Shown: positions 27,375 through 59,542, counted from the first letter of the stretch. The stretch is DNA of 64,000 nucleotides from Blastocystis sp. Blastoise (GCA_039096225.1 JBBPEB010000015.1:1054001-1118000); one strand, 5' to 3'. Numbers and translations: made by a program. Notes: generated by a model not told the origin, from the letters alone.

Positions 27375-28000
27375 TATAAATATATATATACACCAGTTTT
27401 AGCAAGAACAAGAGGCATATTATGTTCTTTAACGAAATCAGTAGAAGCACCATTAGCATAAGCAGTTTTTACAACACCAAGAGTCTTATTAGGTATAAGG
27501 TATATAATATATAAATAATAATAATAATAATCATATTTATATAAACAATAATAACAATAATTAAAAATAAATAAACATAAATAATAATATAATAAATAAT
27601 AATAACAAAACATACATTAGGAAGATTAAGGTTCTTTAATTGATCTCTGCACCAAATAGCGAATATAGATAATAATTTATCACCATCTAATAATACGAAT
27701 TTTCCATTACGAGAAGTGAAATAGACGATTCGATCAGCATCGCCATCGAAAGCACAGGAACGTCTTTCAGCAGCTTGTTCCATGGTACATTCAGTAGGTA
27801 AACAAGTCTTTGTAACTAAATGATTAGCACCACATAAATAATTCAAATTAGTTCTATGATTATTAATAGGAATAATCTTAAGATAATCACCAAGAGCAGC
27901 CTGGATTTCATCGATAACTAAAGCACCAGCACCATTAGAACAATCAATATATAAAGGAGTCTATAGAATATATTATAAATAGATATTTATATAAATATAA

Positions 28001-28032
<32 letters not shown>

Positions 28033-28919
28033 TCATACACGTTGTTTGCATTTATCTTCGAATCCTTGACAGAGTGTTTTATAAGCATCTCCTAACATCT
28101 TAAAATATCCTTGACGACCTTCCCATTCAGTCTTCTTGAAATTATGCATACGAACAACATGATGAAGAAGAGGAGTAGTCACTTCTTCTAAATTATCCAC
28201 TTCACAACTCATTGACTTACATACATCTACTACACGATTCGATAATCTCTATATATATTTACAGAAGTAGAAATATATTATTAATATATATTATATTCAA
28301 TAAAGAAAAAGAGAGAAAAACTCTTATAAAGAATCAATTTAAATAAATAAATAAAAACATAAATAAAATTCTAAAAATCTACATACTAAACTACTTGAAC
28401 GAGTATCACGACCAAGAATAATTTTACAAGGAGTATGAATATCAATATTTTCTTTATCAACAAATTCATTTATTTCTTTAATGCAATCTTCAACAGAAAC
28501 ATTAGCCATACTAGTAGCAAACTAAATAGTTATATAAACAATACAAATAATACAAATAAATAAAAATGAATAAAAATAAATAAAAACAATAAAAATAAAT
28601 AAAAATAAATAAAAATTAATAAAAATAAATAAAAGCATACACCTTCCCAAGCAATAGCAAGCATACCACCATCAGGTTCAACAATCTTAATACCATTTTC
28701 ATTTTCAGGATTGTGAGAAGCAGTAACCATAACACCAATAGTCTTCTTAGTACACATGGATCTTAAAGCAGCAACAACACCACATCTAGCAAAGACATTA
28801 TCTAAAACAGCACCTTCAGCTCTGAAACCAGCAGTACCATAACGGAATTGTTGTTCTACTTTAGGAACATCATCAAGAGTCTTTTTTAAAGTAGGAAAAA
28901 CTGATAAAATATCACACAT
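26621..28919 (-). CDS. PGM3: Phosphoacetylglucosamine mutase
   Basis: [67 protein letters not shown]; 6 introns. Confidence 0.96.
27281..27373. repeat. Intronic (TTA)n microsatellite in PGM3
   Basis: Read directly. Confidence 0.9.
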
Positions 28920-29739
28920 CTTTTAATAAATAGATAGTATTCAATAAGCTTATATAAAAAGAAAAAACAACTCTTCTTTTTCTTTTATTTTTCTTTCTTT
29001 TTAAGGTTTGTTTCGTTGTCTTTCATTTGTTTGAAGACTTCAACCAATGAAATGCTTTTCTACTAAGAAAAGAACCTCTCAAATACGTAGTATTTGGCTT
29101 TTTGTTCCCAACTTTTATTCCATTTGCCTATTCTCCTATGACGAATAGAGATGACAAACCACTGTTTTCACAATTTGTTTTTGTTGTTTTATTATGCTTT
29201 TATTTATTCAGTTCATGATCTAATTATCATTTTAATATTTAAATCAATGCAAAGACATTGTCAAGAATAGTATGTACATTTTTTTACTTGCAACTGACGA
29301 TAATTAAGTAATTGCTATTTTTATTCATTTTCATTAATATAGAAGATATTCTAGGGTACCAAGATAGAAATGTAAAGTTGAACAAATATCAAAATAAAAA
29401 CCATACTATTAAGGAGTATACCTGTCTTATTTATTGTTTTATACTTGAAGAATGTATAGGCTCCTTATTAAACGGCCATTTTTTGATGAAAATAAGATTA
29501 ATTGGGTCAAGAGGTAAATTTGTTGGATAAAGTGAATCACAAATACTCCTATTGGATATTAGCTAAACACATCCATGTTTTTGTGAGACAATAGATGGGA
29601 TTCATATTCATTTTTATTTAGAAGGATATATGATCGATGATAAGAATATAAGAATAGTTATTTGGCTCTTCTACTTAATAAAGTATAAAACCGTATTAAT
29701 ATAAATCTACACCCAGTTTATCTCCATTAAAACAGTTCA

Positions 29740-32270
29740 ATGAATTCGTTTCCATATCTGCGTCTTTCGAAAGGCAACAAAAGAACTACAAAAGGTTCTT
29801 TGCCTGTAATTGTTGAAGAGCAACAAGATAAGGTTTATGAATGTCAGAATGATATAAACATAACTGAAGGTGATCATGTAGTGAATTCTTCCCTTTTATC
29901 TTTTTTTAATTTGTAAATATTTATGTATTATATAGGTGTGTGTAGATTATAGCGATGTTTATTTATATTACATAACAATAGGCACTTTATTCAGTATATA
30001 TAGGAAAAAGAAAGAAGAGGATATCCGTCAAACAAGATATTCAAATGAGGCATTCTGTGAGATGAATGCTTCTAAGAATTCAAGGTTTATGAAAGTATTA
30101 TCTTCAAAGTTATTCAACAGAGTTGTTGCTACTTTTATAATATCCATAAACTTGATGATAGTTTCTTTTGTATATATTTCAAATATCTTATCTATAATTA
30201 TTTAGAGTTTGTTTAGTAGCAATCTTACTATTTCTATATTGTTGAAAGTTTTAGAAAAACTAAATATCCTGTTAGTTTTGGCTTATATAATGTATATTTA
30301 TACAGTATATTATAAGTAAAGTATTATAGATGTTTAGGTTATTCATATACACTTCCCTTATTTCATATCCATTGTAATTTATATATATATACTGATATAT
30401 AGTGATATATATTGTTTTAATTATTGATTTATATATATATATATTGATTTATATAATGTGTACACATTTATTTATATCTATTTTTAGTGGAACTACAAGG
30501 ATTACTGATTCCTTCTGAACAGAGTTATTTAAAACGGATCGATTTCCAAGAGATAAAACGACATATTCTTTGGGTACCTGCTATTCTTGTATATATATTT
30601 TTTAATATATGTCATTATTTGAATACAATTATAGATAGTTTTATATATAATAATATATTTATAATATATATATAATGATAGCCTAGAATATATATATATA
30701 TATAACAACATGTATGTATATAGTCATTAAACTATGCATGCTTATTCATATGGATTTCATTTTTCTATATTATCTGGAGTTCACAATGTATATATCTATA
30801 TATATAATATAATATATAATCTATGTTAATAATAGAGTATATTAATGAGTATACTATATAGATATACCTTTAATAGAATATTATGGGTATTTCATATTCT
30901 TCATAGTATCAATAGTATATACATGTTTTATTCTTATTAATGGATATAAACAGATGGATAGATCTCTCTATATAATGGCTTGTAATAATATACTTATCTT
31001 CATTTCTGGAATAATTGCTACCACTCTCAATAATGTGACTCATTTTCTTCATGTTCCTGGACCATTATTGTATATATATATATATATAATTTTATAAATC
31101 ACTTTATAAATCACTTTATATATAACTTTTATATAACTTTATATATTATTTTATAAATAACTTTTATATCAAACTCTACTTTTTCTCATTCTATATACTT
31201 ATAACACTATAAATTCTATACATAGATATGACATTGGATTTGAGTACATTCCTGAAGTCTTTGGAGTTGCGACAGAGTATTCTAATAGAATTCTTATTGC
31301 ATTTATTGGATCTTGTGTATGTTTATCTCTTGTTTATTCTCCAGATGTTCGAAATAAGATGTGGTGTGATTTTGGAAGAATTGCTAGTGTTATGATTGTT
31401 TGTAAGGTAGGGATTATGCATATATAATAACAGATATATATTATAAACATTTTATAAAGTAGATATATAAGAATTATGTTATCATTAATAGAATAATATA
31501 CTATATAAATTATATTAATATATCAATATATAAATATAGGGCTTCTTGGGATGGATGACATTACTACCTGGACCAGCCCCTCATTGCCGCTTAGGAAGCG
31601 AGAATTACCCACCAACATCAATTCAAGATATATTTATAAGACAAGTATATATATTTTTTGATTTTATTAAAACTATTATTCCATTTATTCTATCATATTG
31701 ATATTTATATATATATATATATATATAATATTATAATACTGTATAGGGTGTATTATTTGGAAAATCATACAATTGTGGAGATTTGATATATAGTGGACAC
31801 ACAGGTTTTGTAGTGATTGTAGCACTCTTATCCATGGACTTATTTCGATATTCTAAACCTATTTATAAGTATACTATCCTTATTTTTTTATATTACTTTT
31901 TAAATATTGTTAATACTAATTATATTTTGATTTATAAATATTTATGGGGTATGTATTGTTTTGTAGCCATTCTTTTATTTTCTTATTTTTGTATTGCGGC
32001 AAGAAAACATTATTCAGGTATTTATTCCAGTATCTATTTCCATTATAATATTCTATAGTTGATATTGCTTCAGCAATAATTATTACTATCTTGATGTATT
32101 TTACTTTCAGAAATGATTGGAATCCACATAAATCATATTCAGAAACGATTCAAATACACTTAGGACAAGAAACTGTTCAAGACTATTCTGAAGAAAATCA
32201 AATGAATGCTCAAAATACAAGTAACTCAATTGTACCTGAACAAGATCAGTATCTTTCTGCAAGTATTTAA
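29740..32270 (+). CDS. Inositol-phosphorylceramide / sphingomyelin synthase family protein with extended multi-TM N-terminus
   Basis: HVPGPLLYDIGFEYIPE, TLLPGPAPHCR, CGDLIYSGHT, RKHYSVDI (family D1-D4-type motifs, catalytic His/His/Asp). The N-terminal exon structure (29740-30960) is only tentatively resolved. Confidence 0.85.
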
Positions 32271-32786
32271 AAACACCCGAATTATTCCATAATATTTGTG
32301 TAATCACGTGCTATCTTTTGTAAAATAGTAGTTATTTTATCTTGTTTTGTTTAACATATGTTGTTCTAAAAATATTATATGAAAGGACATATTGAAAAAT
32401 GTTTATCATCAAAATTCTGACTAATTCTTGGAATTCAAACTCAATAGAAACTCAATAATTCTTTAGCAAAATTTCTATGACATCACAGGATGTTTGGAAC
32501 ATATATTAATAACAGAAAAGGAAAAATAGATGATTATTGATCAGAACTTTTGTGTCCTAGTATATAGATATCATACAGACTTATTCGAGTACGATGCAAG
32601 CAAATTTATATCAACAATAACATAAAAATAACGAAACCAAATTGAATTATCATCGATAAAACAAATGAAACGGGAATTTACATTTTAAAAGGGATTTTTC
32701 AGAGAAATTAAAAAAATATTTGATTTTTTGTTGTGTCTTATTGAGTGCGAATTGTTTGTTGACACTACTTTAGTTGTTTGTAAACG

Positions 32787-35696
32787 ATGAGTGAAGACAC
32801 ATTTAATGATTTGAAACAGGCACAAGAAGTATATCTAAGTAATAATCAGAATAATATGTTTTTTTTATAGAAGATTATTGATTTAGAATGTGAGAGAGAT
32901 ATATTAAAACAAAATAATGATGCAAATCAAAGAAAAATCACAAAATTAAAGAATTATTATGACAATCTTATTCAAAGTATGTGCTATAAGTATTTTATAT
33001 TAATAAATCTATCTAATAGATCTACGAGATGATAATGAACTCAAAATTCGTGAGTTGAAATCTGAAAATGAAAGTATTTATTATTGTTTATATTTTATTA
33101 TTATTTTTTTATTTAGAGTTAAAGAAAGAGAATATATCATTAAAGTTGAATAGATCAATTCATGAATCTAATATCAATAAAGAATCTCTCCAATCATTAA
33201 CTGATTTATTAGCTTCTTTTTCATCATCTTTGTCTTCTCCTTCAACAAACTCAGATCTTATTGTTCCAAACAAAAACTCACATAATAAAAATACAGAAAA
33301 GATTGTTGAGAAACCTATAAAGGTATCAAAACAATCTAGGTCTATACATAATATATCTGAGGAAACTCCATTCTCTAATTCAGATTCATCTGTCACAGTA
33401 TCTTTAAAACCATCTTTAAAACCACTATTATCAAAAACAAAACAAGTCAATATATCTTCTATTCAACCTCTTTCTTCAAATCCAAAAATGATAACTAATA
33501 CAAAGAATAGTGATCTAAATGAAAATATATCAAATAATTTGTTAAAACCAATAGGCACAGATAGTATATTATATATTTATATTTATTATATATTTATATT
33601 TATTATGATATTTATATCTATTATTATTATATTTATATTTATTATGATATTTATATTTATTCTGATATTTATATTTATTCTGATATTTATATTTATTATT
33701 ATTATATATAGAAGTCACTCAGAATATGGTTAGTTCTTTTTCAATTTTTTCATTTCAATCTCCAAATGTATCCAATAAAACTGATAATACTAAAAATTCT
33801 ACAGATACAAATGATTCATTAACATCAACAAATCAGTTAATTAATAATAATAAAGATGAAATATCTATAACTCAATCGAATCACAATTCAATTTCAACAG
33901 TCAATTCAATTCCAGTATCTTCACTCTCTTCAAAGAATCGTTCTCCTAGCAATATATTACCATTAACTTCTTCTTCTCCTTCTCTACATATGTCACCTTC
34001 TGTTTCATTTCAGTCGAATCCAATATTATCATTATCATCTAGTACTTCTTCTTCTACTTCTTCAGATAATGATGAATATATATTATCATCTACAAATAAT
34101 AAAAGGAAATATTCAGATATTATTTCTTCTATATCAACTCCTGTTACTCAAGATACTTTATTAAATACAATGCAATCTCTTAAACGTAATAATGAAGTTA
34201 TTGAACTTTATAAAAAGTATTTTATATTCATTTTATTATTCTTGATTTTTATTATTTATGTATATATATGTATATAGAGATTATAATGAATTGATTCCTA
34301 TTCTTATTAATCATATGAAAAACTCAACACTGTATTTTATTATCTAATTTTTTAAATAATAAATTCTTCATTTATATTTATAATAATATATATTAGAATA
34401 ATATAAAAATATTTGTTATATATATATACATATATAGGTCTTCCTATATGCTAACTGATTATATTCCTTCTATCTATTCTCGTACTCAACATATATCTAT
34501 GATCTACCTTCTTCTTCATGCATATATATCTTTAACATATAATCAATATACTTCTCTCTCTTCTTTTCTATCTATCAAGGATTCTCTTTCTTCTCTATGT
34601 ATAACAATCGCATCTTTTATTATGGCTTCTTCTTATACAGATATGCAACTATTAAAACAAATAATCGATTCTCTGAATGAAATGATATTGTCTCAACCTC
34701 CTGAAGCTCATCAACTCACTTTCTTCTTATGTTATCTCTATTTTACTATATTAAAACAATATCAAAAACAAGAAGATGCAGTGTTATTTCTTTATGTTAT
34801 TTTCCTTCAAATTGACATACCTCCTTATCCTCAATTTGCTGCATTTAATCAAGTTTTTTCTGATTATTATATTTCAGACAACGTATTATTATTAACATAT
34901 TTATCAATATCAAAAATTATGATAAAAAATATAAAGAAATGGCCTTTGTTTGAAGATTATGTAGTACTGCTAAAACCATCAAAACGAGTCTCTAAAATAT
35001 ATGTATTATCTGATATTCAACTATTTCAAAAACTTGAAGATCTTTTAAAGACTCCCTATAATGAATTATATATTGATACTATTTCTTATATATGTAAGTC
35101 AATTGTATTATGGTGTAAAGTTCAAGGAGGTATATATACTATTGATTTTATTCAACATTATATACTTAATTATATGCCTACACTTCCACTCACGGAAAAT
35201 CCTTCTTGGGCTCATCATCTAGGGCTTCTTTTCTGTATATATGTATTAATAAGTTATTTGATCATTTAATAATATTTTTTTGTAGTTTAATTGTGATTAC
35301 TTTTTTTAAATTTATTTTTAATAATTATATTGTATTATTTTCATTTAATAATATTTTTTTTTTAGTTTAATTGTGATTACTTTTTTAAAATTCTTTTTAA
35401 TAATCATATTGTATTATTTTCATTTAATAATATTTTTTTAGTTTAATTGTCATTACTTTTTTAAATTCATTTTTAATAATCATATTGTATTATTTTCATT
35501 TAATCTATACGTTCATTCTCATATAATTATATTTTTTAAATGTCATACATGTATAGTGGATCTATTTTATGTAAACTGTTTGGGAGAACTCGATAATATG
35601 AATTCTTTCATTAAGACTTTCTTAGATGATTATCCATTTATGAAACAATATGAATCTCAATATCCTGAACTTTTCTCACTTCTCAACGAAGAATAA
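32787..35696 (+). CDS. Hypothetical protein: N-terminal coiled coil, Ser-rich disordered middle, helical C-terminal domain (ATRIP- or ICE1-like architecture)
   Basis: 7 GT-AG introns splice in frame from MSEDTFNDLKQAQE to ..FSLLNEE*; family assignment is from architecture only. Confidence 0.7.
35262..35503. repeat. Intronic ~79-bp tandem repeat, about 3 copies
   Basis: Unit TCATTTAATAATATTTTTT..TAGTTTAATTGT(G/C)ATTACTTTTTT..TATTGTATTATTT restarts at ~35262, 35341, 35420 and ~35496. Confidence 0.85.
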
Positions 35697-36247
35697 TTAT
35701 GTCCATTTTTCTATTTTCCTCTTTTTCAAAGTATCTTGTTGATTCTGTTTTGTTTTATAAACGACAAACTATTGATTTTTCCTTTTTTTCTCTTGATAAC
35801 ATAAAAATAAAGTTGCATTTTTGTTTGTTTTGTTGGTGATATTAGTCGATTTTTCTCATTGATTAGCATCAAAGAAAAACTTTAAGGTTGTCAGAAAATG
35901 GAACAGAAATATAGAAATATTTAACAACAATGTTCATCAATAATAATTTTGAAATAATAATATTGTTATACTCATTCAGCTATTTTGAAAAAAACATCTT
36001 CTTAACTTAAACAATAAAAACACTCACTTATATGATCATATAATGAGAGAATCTTACAGGAAAACACATCAATATTTTACAATTTGTTTTTGGTTGATTT
36101 ATTCGAATCTTACAGTAACTTTTTAAAAATAACCATAAAACGTCGTCGATGAAAAACAGTGATTCATTCTCAATACAATCCCTAAATAATGTTACATTTG
36201 TTTTTTTTAAATTTTCAAGATTCATTTTTTTGTTTATTTATACTACG

Positions 36248-37809
36248 ATGCATTTCTCATTCATTGCGTTTACTTTCATTTTTTTGAGTTGTTATGCTTA
36301 TTCTGATATACGATGGGATAGTTGGATGGAAGATAACTTTCAATTTCTTGAAAATCGTACTTTATTTGAAGTAATGATCCCAGGAACACATGACAGCGGT
36401 AGGTTTATATGATATAGATACCAAATATATATATATATTTTTTAGGTTCTTTTGAGTTGACAAGTGAAATTTGTCCTTCTGGTATGTTTATTTCTTCAGA
36501 AATATATTTCCTTATGTCATTTTGAATCTTATTATAGGATCTGAAGAGATTGCTAGATGGAAGAATATTGCTTCAGCTGTAGGTATTAATGTAGTTAAAA
36601 TCATTCAATATTGGGGAAAATCTCAATCTATATCTATTCTTGAACAACTTAATCAAGGTATCAGACACCTTGATCTTCGTGCTATGTGGAAAGATAATTC
36701 ATGGTACACTCATCATGCCTTAATAGGTATCAAAATTGAAACTATTCTTGATGAAATTGTTTCCTTTATGAACTCTAAAGTAAAGATATATTTTATTTAT
36801 ATTAATAAATATAAAATATTATAATAAAAATAATTTAATAATAAGCATAATAATAATAATAAATATTAATAATAATATAGTCATCTGAGATTCTTATTTT
36901 AGAAGTTGGTCATACAGATGTTTCTGCTTCAGGTATATACTCTTTTTATTAGTATTTCTTATATTCTCTAGTCTTCATTTACTAAGATAAATATATATCT
37001 ATATATAGGTTATGATAATAACGATTTATTACAATTAATAGAAACAAAATTAAATACTTGGCTTGTTCCTAAAAATACGAATTTAAAAACACTTACTTTT
37101 GGACAAATGAGAAAAACTAATAAACGAATTATTTGTAATTTTGATAATGCATATAGTGCTGCTGATTTCTCACTGTATCTATTATATATCTATTTATTAT
37201 TATAATTCTTTTAAAAACTATACTATATAACTTTATTAACTCTAAACTATATTTGTAGTATATATTACATTCATGATATGATGAATGGACGATATGCGAA
37301 TACCGATGATATTCATACCATGAATAATCATAATCAACTATTATTCTCTGAAAAGAATGACTATCAAATTATGGAAATGTCTTGGACTCTTACTCCATCT
37401 GTATATATATATATATATTTATAATAAATAATTCAAATTATATAACATATAATTTCTTTTATATATATATATACTATTATCTTATTAATTAAAATGATTT
37501 ATAAATATGTTATATATTTATAGACAAAAGTCATTATGGATGGTATAGCTGTTTGGAATCCTCAAAATTTATTGCAATTAGCTGCAAAAGCAAATCAATA
37601 TTTCAATGATTTTTATAATTTTAATAAAAATCAATTTGCTGGAATTATTATCGCTGTATATATATCTATATAATAACTCGATTATTCTTTATTTTATTTG
37701 AATCTAAATATAATATATACCTTATTTATAGAGTGATAATTTTCAAACTGGTTCCTTCAGAGAGAATTGTGTCAATTTTATTCAAACTTTAGGTCATAAA
37801 TCTCTTTAG
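36248..37809 (+). CDS. Secreted PI-PLC X-domain protein (PLCXD/GPI-PLC-like)
   Basis: Signal peptide, SWM, IPGTHDSG, SQSISILEQLNQGIRHLDLR, HHAL, SEILIL, SWTLTP; 7 GT-AG introns. Confidence 0.9.
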
Positions 37810-38919
37810 TTCTTAGAATAAACTATTTTTATATTCTTATTGCATGTGATCCATATTTGTATCTACCCACATTTTCATATTAAATAATTGATTTTTATAG
37901 TAATTTTTAAAAACAATTGTACTTATGATTTGATATTCTATAATAAATGCTTTGCTTCAATAGTCTCTCTATATGAACTCTATCTACTATAATATTTTTA
38001 TTCTTATTTGGTGAACGTTTTTCTGTTCTATTCAAAATGAGAAACCATTATTTATTTGTTTTGTATGAAATAGTTAAAAATAACACCGATTAATCAACCG
38101 AAATGATATAAAGCATTGTATACTACTATAATCTTTAACAGGAAAGCAAATAGATCTTTGATAATTGACAATTTTGTTTTCTTTAAAGCATTTTTTACTG
38201 ATTAAATAATTGAACACATACTAAAAATATTCTTCGTCCTATATATAGTCTAATAATTGGAAATAATGTCTATGTCATGAGTCACATATTGGTAAATATT
38301 CTTTTATTTTGATTTATCAGCACCCAAATTACTTTCTAAGCACACAGTGTCAATTTCTCAATATTTTATTTCACATATCTATTTTGTGTTCCTTCTCTAA
38401 TGACAGTAACTTGAAAGAATTTTTCAAGAAAATAATCTGTTTTTATTTGTAACATAATACAAAGTATATAGGTATAATCTTTTGTATGAAATCAATCATT
38501 ATTAATTCGTCATGATAAAAAAAATTGTTACAATCTAATAGAAAAAGCATAATAGACATCAAGATTCACATTAAACAGAGATGTTGAAACATTCAGATGC
38601 ATTGAATTTTATGTAAGAATATAGATGGTGCTCATGAAAAAACAGAATTGTCATTTTAAGACAAGATAAATTATAGATCATATATATAAAAATATGATCT
38701 TCCTAATACAGAAGTAATTACTATATGAAGATTCATATATCTAGAGTTAAAAGCTATTAAAATATCTGACGATTGAAAAAAAAAAATGATTGTTATATAT
38801 TGTCTTTATGTGCTGAGTCAGCTTTTTTTTGCTAACAAATATTATGAAAATAGCGAATGGTATATATAATATAAGCTTCAAATTCTTCTAATTATCTATA
38901 GATCCAGAATTATTCAAGT

Positions 38920-39860
38920 ATGAAAGACTCATTTATCCAGGAGAGTTCGGACACAGTAATTACATTTTGTGGAATTGAGAAAAGAATCAAATGCAAAATA
39001 TCGTTAACCGATTTAATCAAATATAAAGATAGTTATCTATATTTATTATGGGAACAAGAGCAAAATCCTCAAAAAGATGATTACAATACAAATTATCCTG
39101 AGATTTATTTACCTCTTGTTATCAGTCATATGTGTGGCCGTCCTTTATTTTTAGAATTAAAATCAAGAACTGAATTAGAATTAATCAAACAACATTTCCA
39201 GTTTTATAATATTCCTTATCCTCTTGAAATTGATGATTTATTGGAAAAAGATTGGAATGATGGATTAAAAGGTGTTTATGGATATTTAACAATGATAGCA
39301 AATCAACTAATTCGTTTGAATCAATCCAATGTTGAACTCCAATCTGTATTTAGTTCGTTATGTAAAACTGTTGAAACTATTCATGTAGATATTCAAGATC
39401 TAAAGAAGGTAATTAATGAAAAGAATATTTCAGACTCATCTCTAAATATATCTTCAACACCATCACTTAAGCCATTACCATCAGCATCTCCATCTCCTAC
39501 AAATCGTTCTACAGATCCTGTTAATACTAAAACAATGCAAGCTGAACTTAAATTAGCACAAGAACAAATCGAAACTATGCAAAAAGATCGTTTATCTATA
39601 GAAAATATTGTTTATATATGCAGACGAGAAAATATTTCATTGCAACAACGAATAAATCGATATATAAGTACACAAGGTGATATATATAATCCAAATATGC
39701 TTTTTGTAGATAGTAAAATTATAGGTGGTATATATATTTACAGAGATGAAATTGTTGAATGGCTAGGAAGAGATACGCAATGGAAATTATTATATAGGTA
39801 TATATATATATATATATATATTAATATTGATAATAGTAATAATATATGTATAATAATAAT

Positions 39861-39904
<44 letters not shown>

Positions 39905-40605
39905 AGGTTCAAAAGATGGTTTTAAGGCGTCTACATTTCATCGTAAATGTGATAATTCATGTAAAACACTTACAATAATAAGGCACATTAATCAAAATGG
40001 ATTTACAAATATATTTGGAGGATATACAAAGCAAAGTTGGAAAGGAAATGGAAATAATCCAAGTATTTATTTTATTTTATTTTATTTAATTATTTTTTTT
40101 ATAATTTTATTTATTTATTTATTATTGCTTTTATTATTTTTATTTATTTATTTATTTATTATTGCTTTTATTATTTATACTTATATATATATATGTAATA
40201 TATAATATATAATATACTATATATATAATTGTTATACTTTTTTTAATAAAAATATAATTTATAATTTATATATAAATAGTAAAAAAGCCAGATACAACGT
40301 CATTTTTATTTTCCCTCGTAAATGAACATAATTTGCCTCCAACACAATTTCCAGTATTATATCCTAATGATGCTATATATTGTGATCCTCTTAAAGGACC
40401 TATTTTTGGTGGAACTATACCTGATCTATTTATTGATGATAACTCAAATATAAGCTGTAATAATTGTACAAATTCACGTGTATATTCTTCTATTCAAATT
40501 CCTCAGAAATCATCTATTTTTGTAAATACTAATTCTTCACAGGAAACTAATTATTTCAAAGTTGATGAAATAGAAGTATATGGAAGATATGAAGAAGAAT
40601 TTTAA
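38920..40605 (+). CDS. Degenerate BTB(KCTD-like) - coiled coil - TLDc domain protein
   Basis: WKLLYRGSKDGFKASTFHRKCDN, IFGGYT, SFLFSL, GPIFG, DLFI, VDEIEVY (TLDc); N-terminal LIKYKDSYL..IKQHFQFYNIP is BTB-like; 2 introns. Confidence 0.85.
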
Positions 40606-42209
40606 TTATAATAAGATATATATATATATATATATATATAACCATGATTGTGATTATAATTATAATTCTATATACTATTATGATGTGTCTTAAAGTATAA
40701 TAACAAATTATATTGTTTGAGTTTTTATCTTTTTATATTATATATAATAATATTAATAAATAGTATCAAATATATTGAAAATTCTTTTTTATCTTTCTAT
40801 ATGTATATATACATATACATATATATGTGAAGTATTCTTCTGTCAATTGTCTCTATATAATCAAATCACTTACTCTTTTGTTTTTCTTCTCATTCACTTT
40901 TTTTTTTAATTTAATAATATTATCAGTAGTAGATATAATATTTTTATCATTTTTCTGTCTTTTTCAATATTATATTCTTTTTTGTTGTGTAAGTTATTTC
41001 TCTTTTTTTCAACTTGTTTACCTATAATACTCATTTGTTTTAACATATCTATATATATATATATTATATATAATCTGAATGCTTTTTCTATATTATATAT
41101 CTACGTTTTACATCCATTATTATACAAATCATATATTTTTTGATATATATCTGCAGTCTCTCTAATTTTTTAAATTTTCTTCATTTTTAATTTTATTTCA
41201 TTCTCTTGCTATTAAACTACAAGTTTTATCTTTCATATTTCATTTTATATTTTGATATATATGTTTGTTTTAACTTTAACTTTATCTTTTTTTATTTTCT
41301 TTTTTTTCTTTGTAAACAATATATATACTTTATATTTAATCATTTTTATATTTTCTTATACTATTATTTTTTTGTTCTTTATATATATATTTATATATAT
41401 ATATTCATATCTATATATTATAGTTAAATATAATATCTTTTCTATTTTGTTTTTATATAATAATAATAAAATTTAAATTTTATATATAATTTTTTATTTT
41501 ATTATTTGCATAATTTTTATACGTTATTTTTATTATTTATTCATGTTTTTATACTAAAAACAATAATTATTATTTCATACATGTGTACCTTTATTTTTTA
41601 TTTTGAATACCTGATACTATTTTATTATTTCTTATTCTTCCGTGTATTTTATCTATTTTTCTTAAACAATTACGTATTGTTGTATACTTCTATTGTGTGC
41701 TACTAGTTTTTTTCTCATGTTGTCTTTTGTTCTTATATTCCACATTATTATTATTTCTCTTTTAAAAAATATAATCATTTGAGCTTTATAAATATAATTG
41801 TTGTCAATCTGTGTAAAAGGAAAACCTTTGAGAGAATACAATCAATATTTATTATTATGTTTATATGTTATAAAAATGTCCTACAATTATTTAATTTCCT
41901 TTTGATATAATATTATATATAAAGACTTTATTCCTAAGGTTTTATCTCAATTATATATAATATCGTTCACAATACGTTGTGTATAAAAAATATTATTTTT
42001 TAGTTTTTTAAAATAAATAACTTGGTCAATTATATATCGAATATAATAAATAATAATACTTTAAAAAACAATGTATATAATAAATGTATTTAGAAAGGAA
42101 AATATAAAGAATATATATAATATATAAAATAAACTATGAAATGAAACAATAATTAAAATGTTATAAAAATTAATAATAAAAACTAGAATAGTATAGTATA
42201 TAAATTATA

Positions 42210-59542
<17,333 letters not shown>

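Noticed and set aside
35262-35503. CRISPR-like or mobile-element interpretation of the tandem repeats
   Set aside because: There are no unique spacers, terminal repeats or transposase; they are simple intronic tandem duplications.
40606-42209. Short Phe/Tyr/Ile-rich ORFs between the TLDc gene and VPS13 (also 8585-8910 and 60062-60335)
   Set aside because: This is T-rich 3'UTR or intergenic sequence that is stop-poor by composition.
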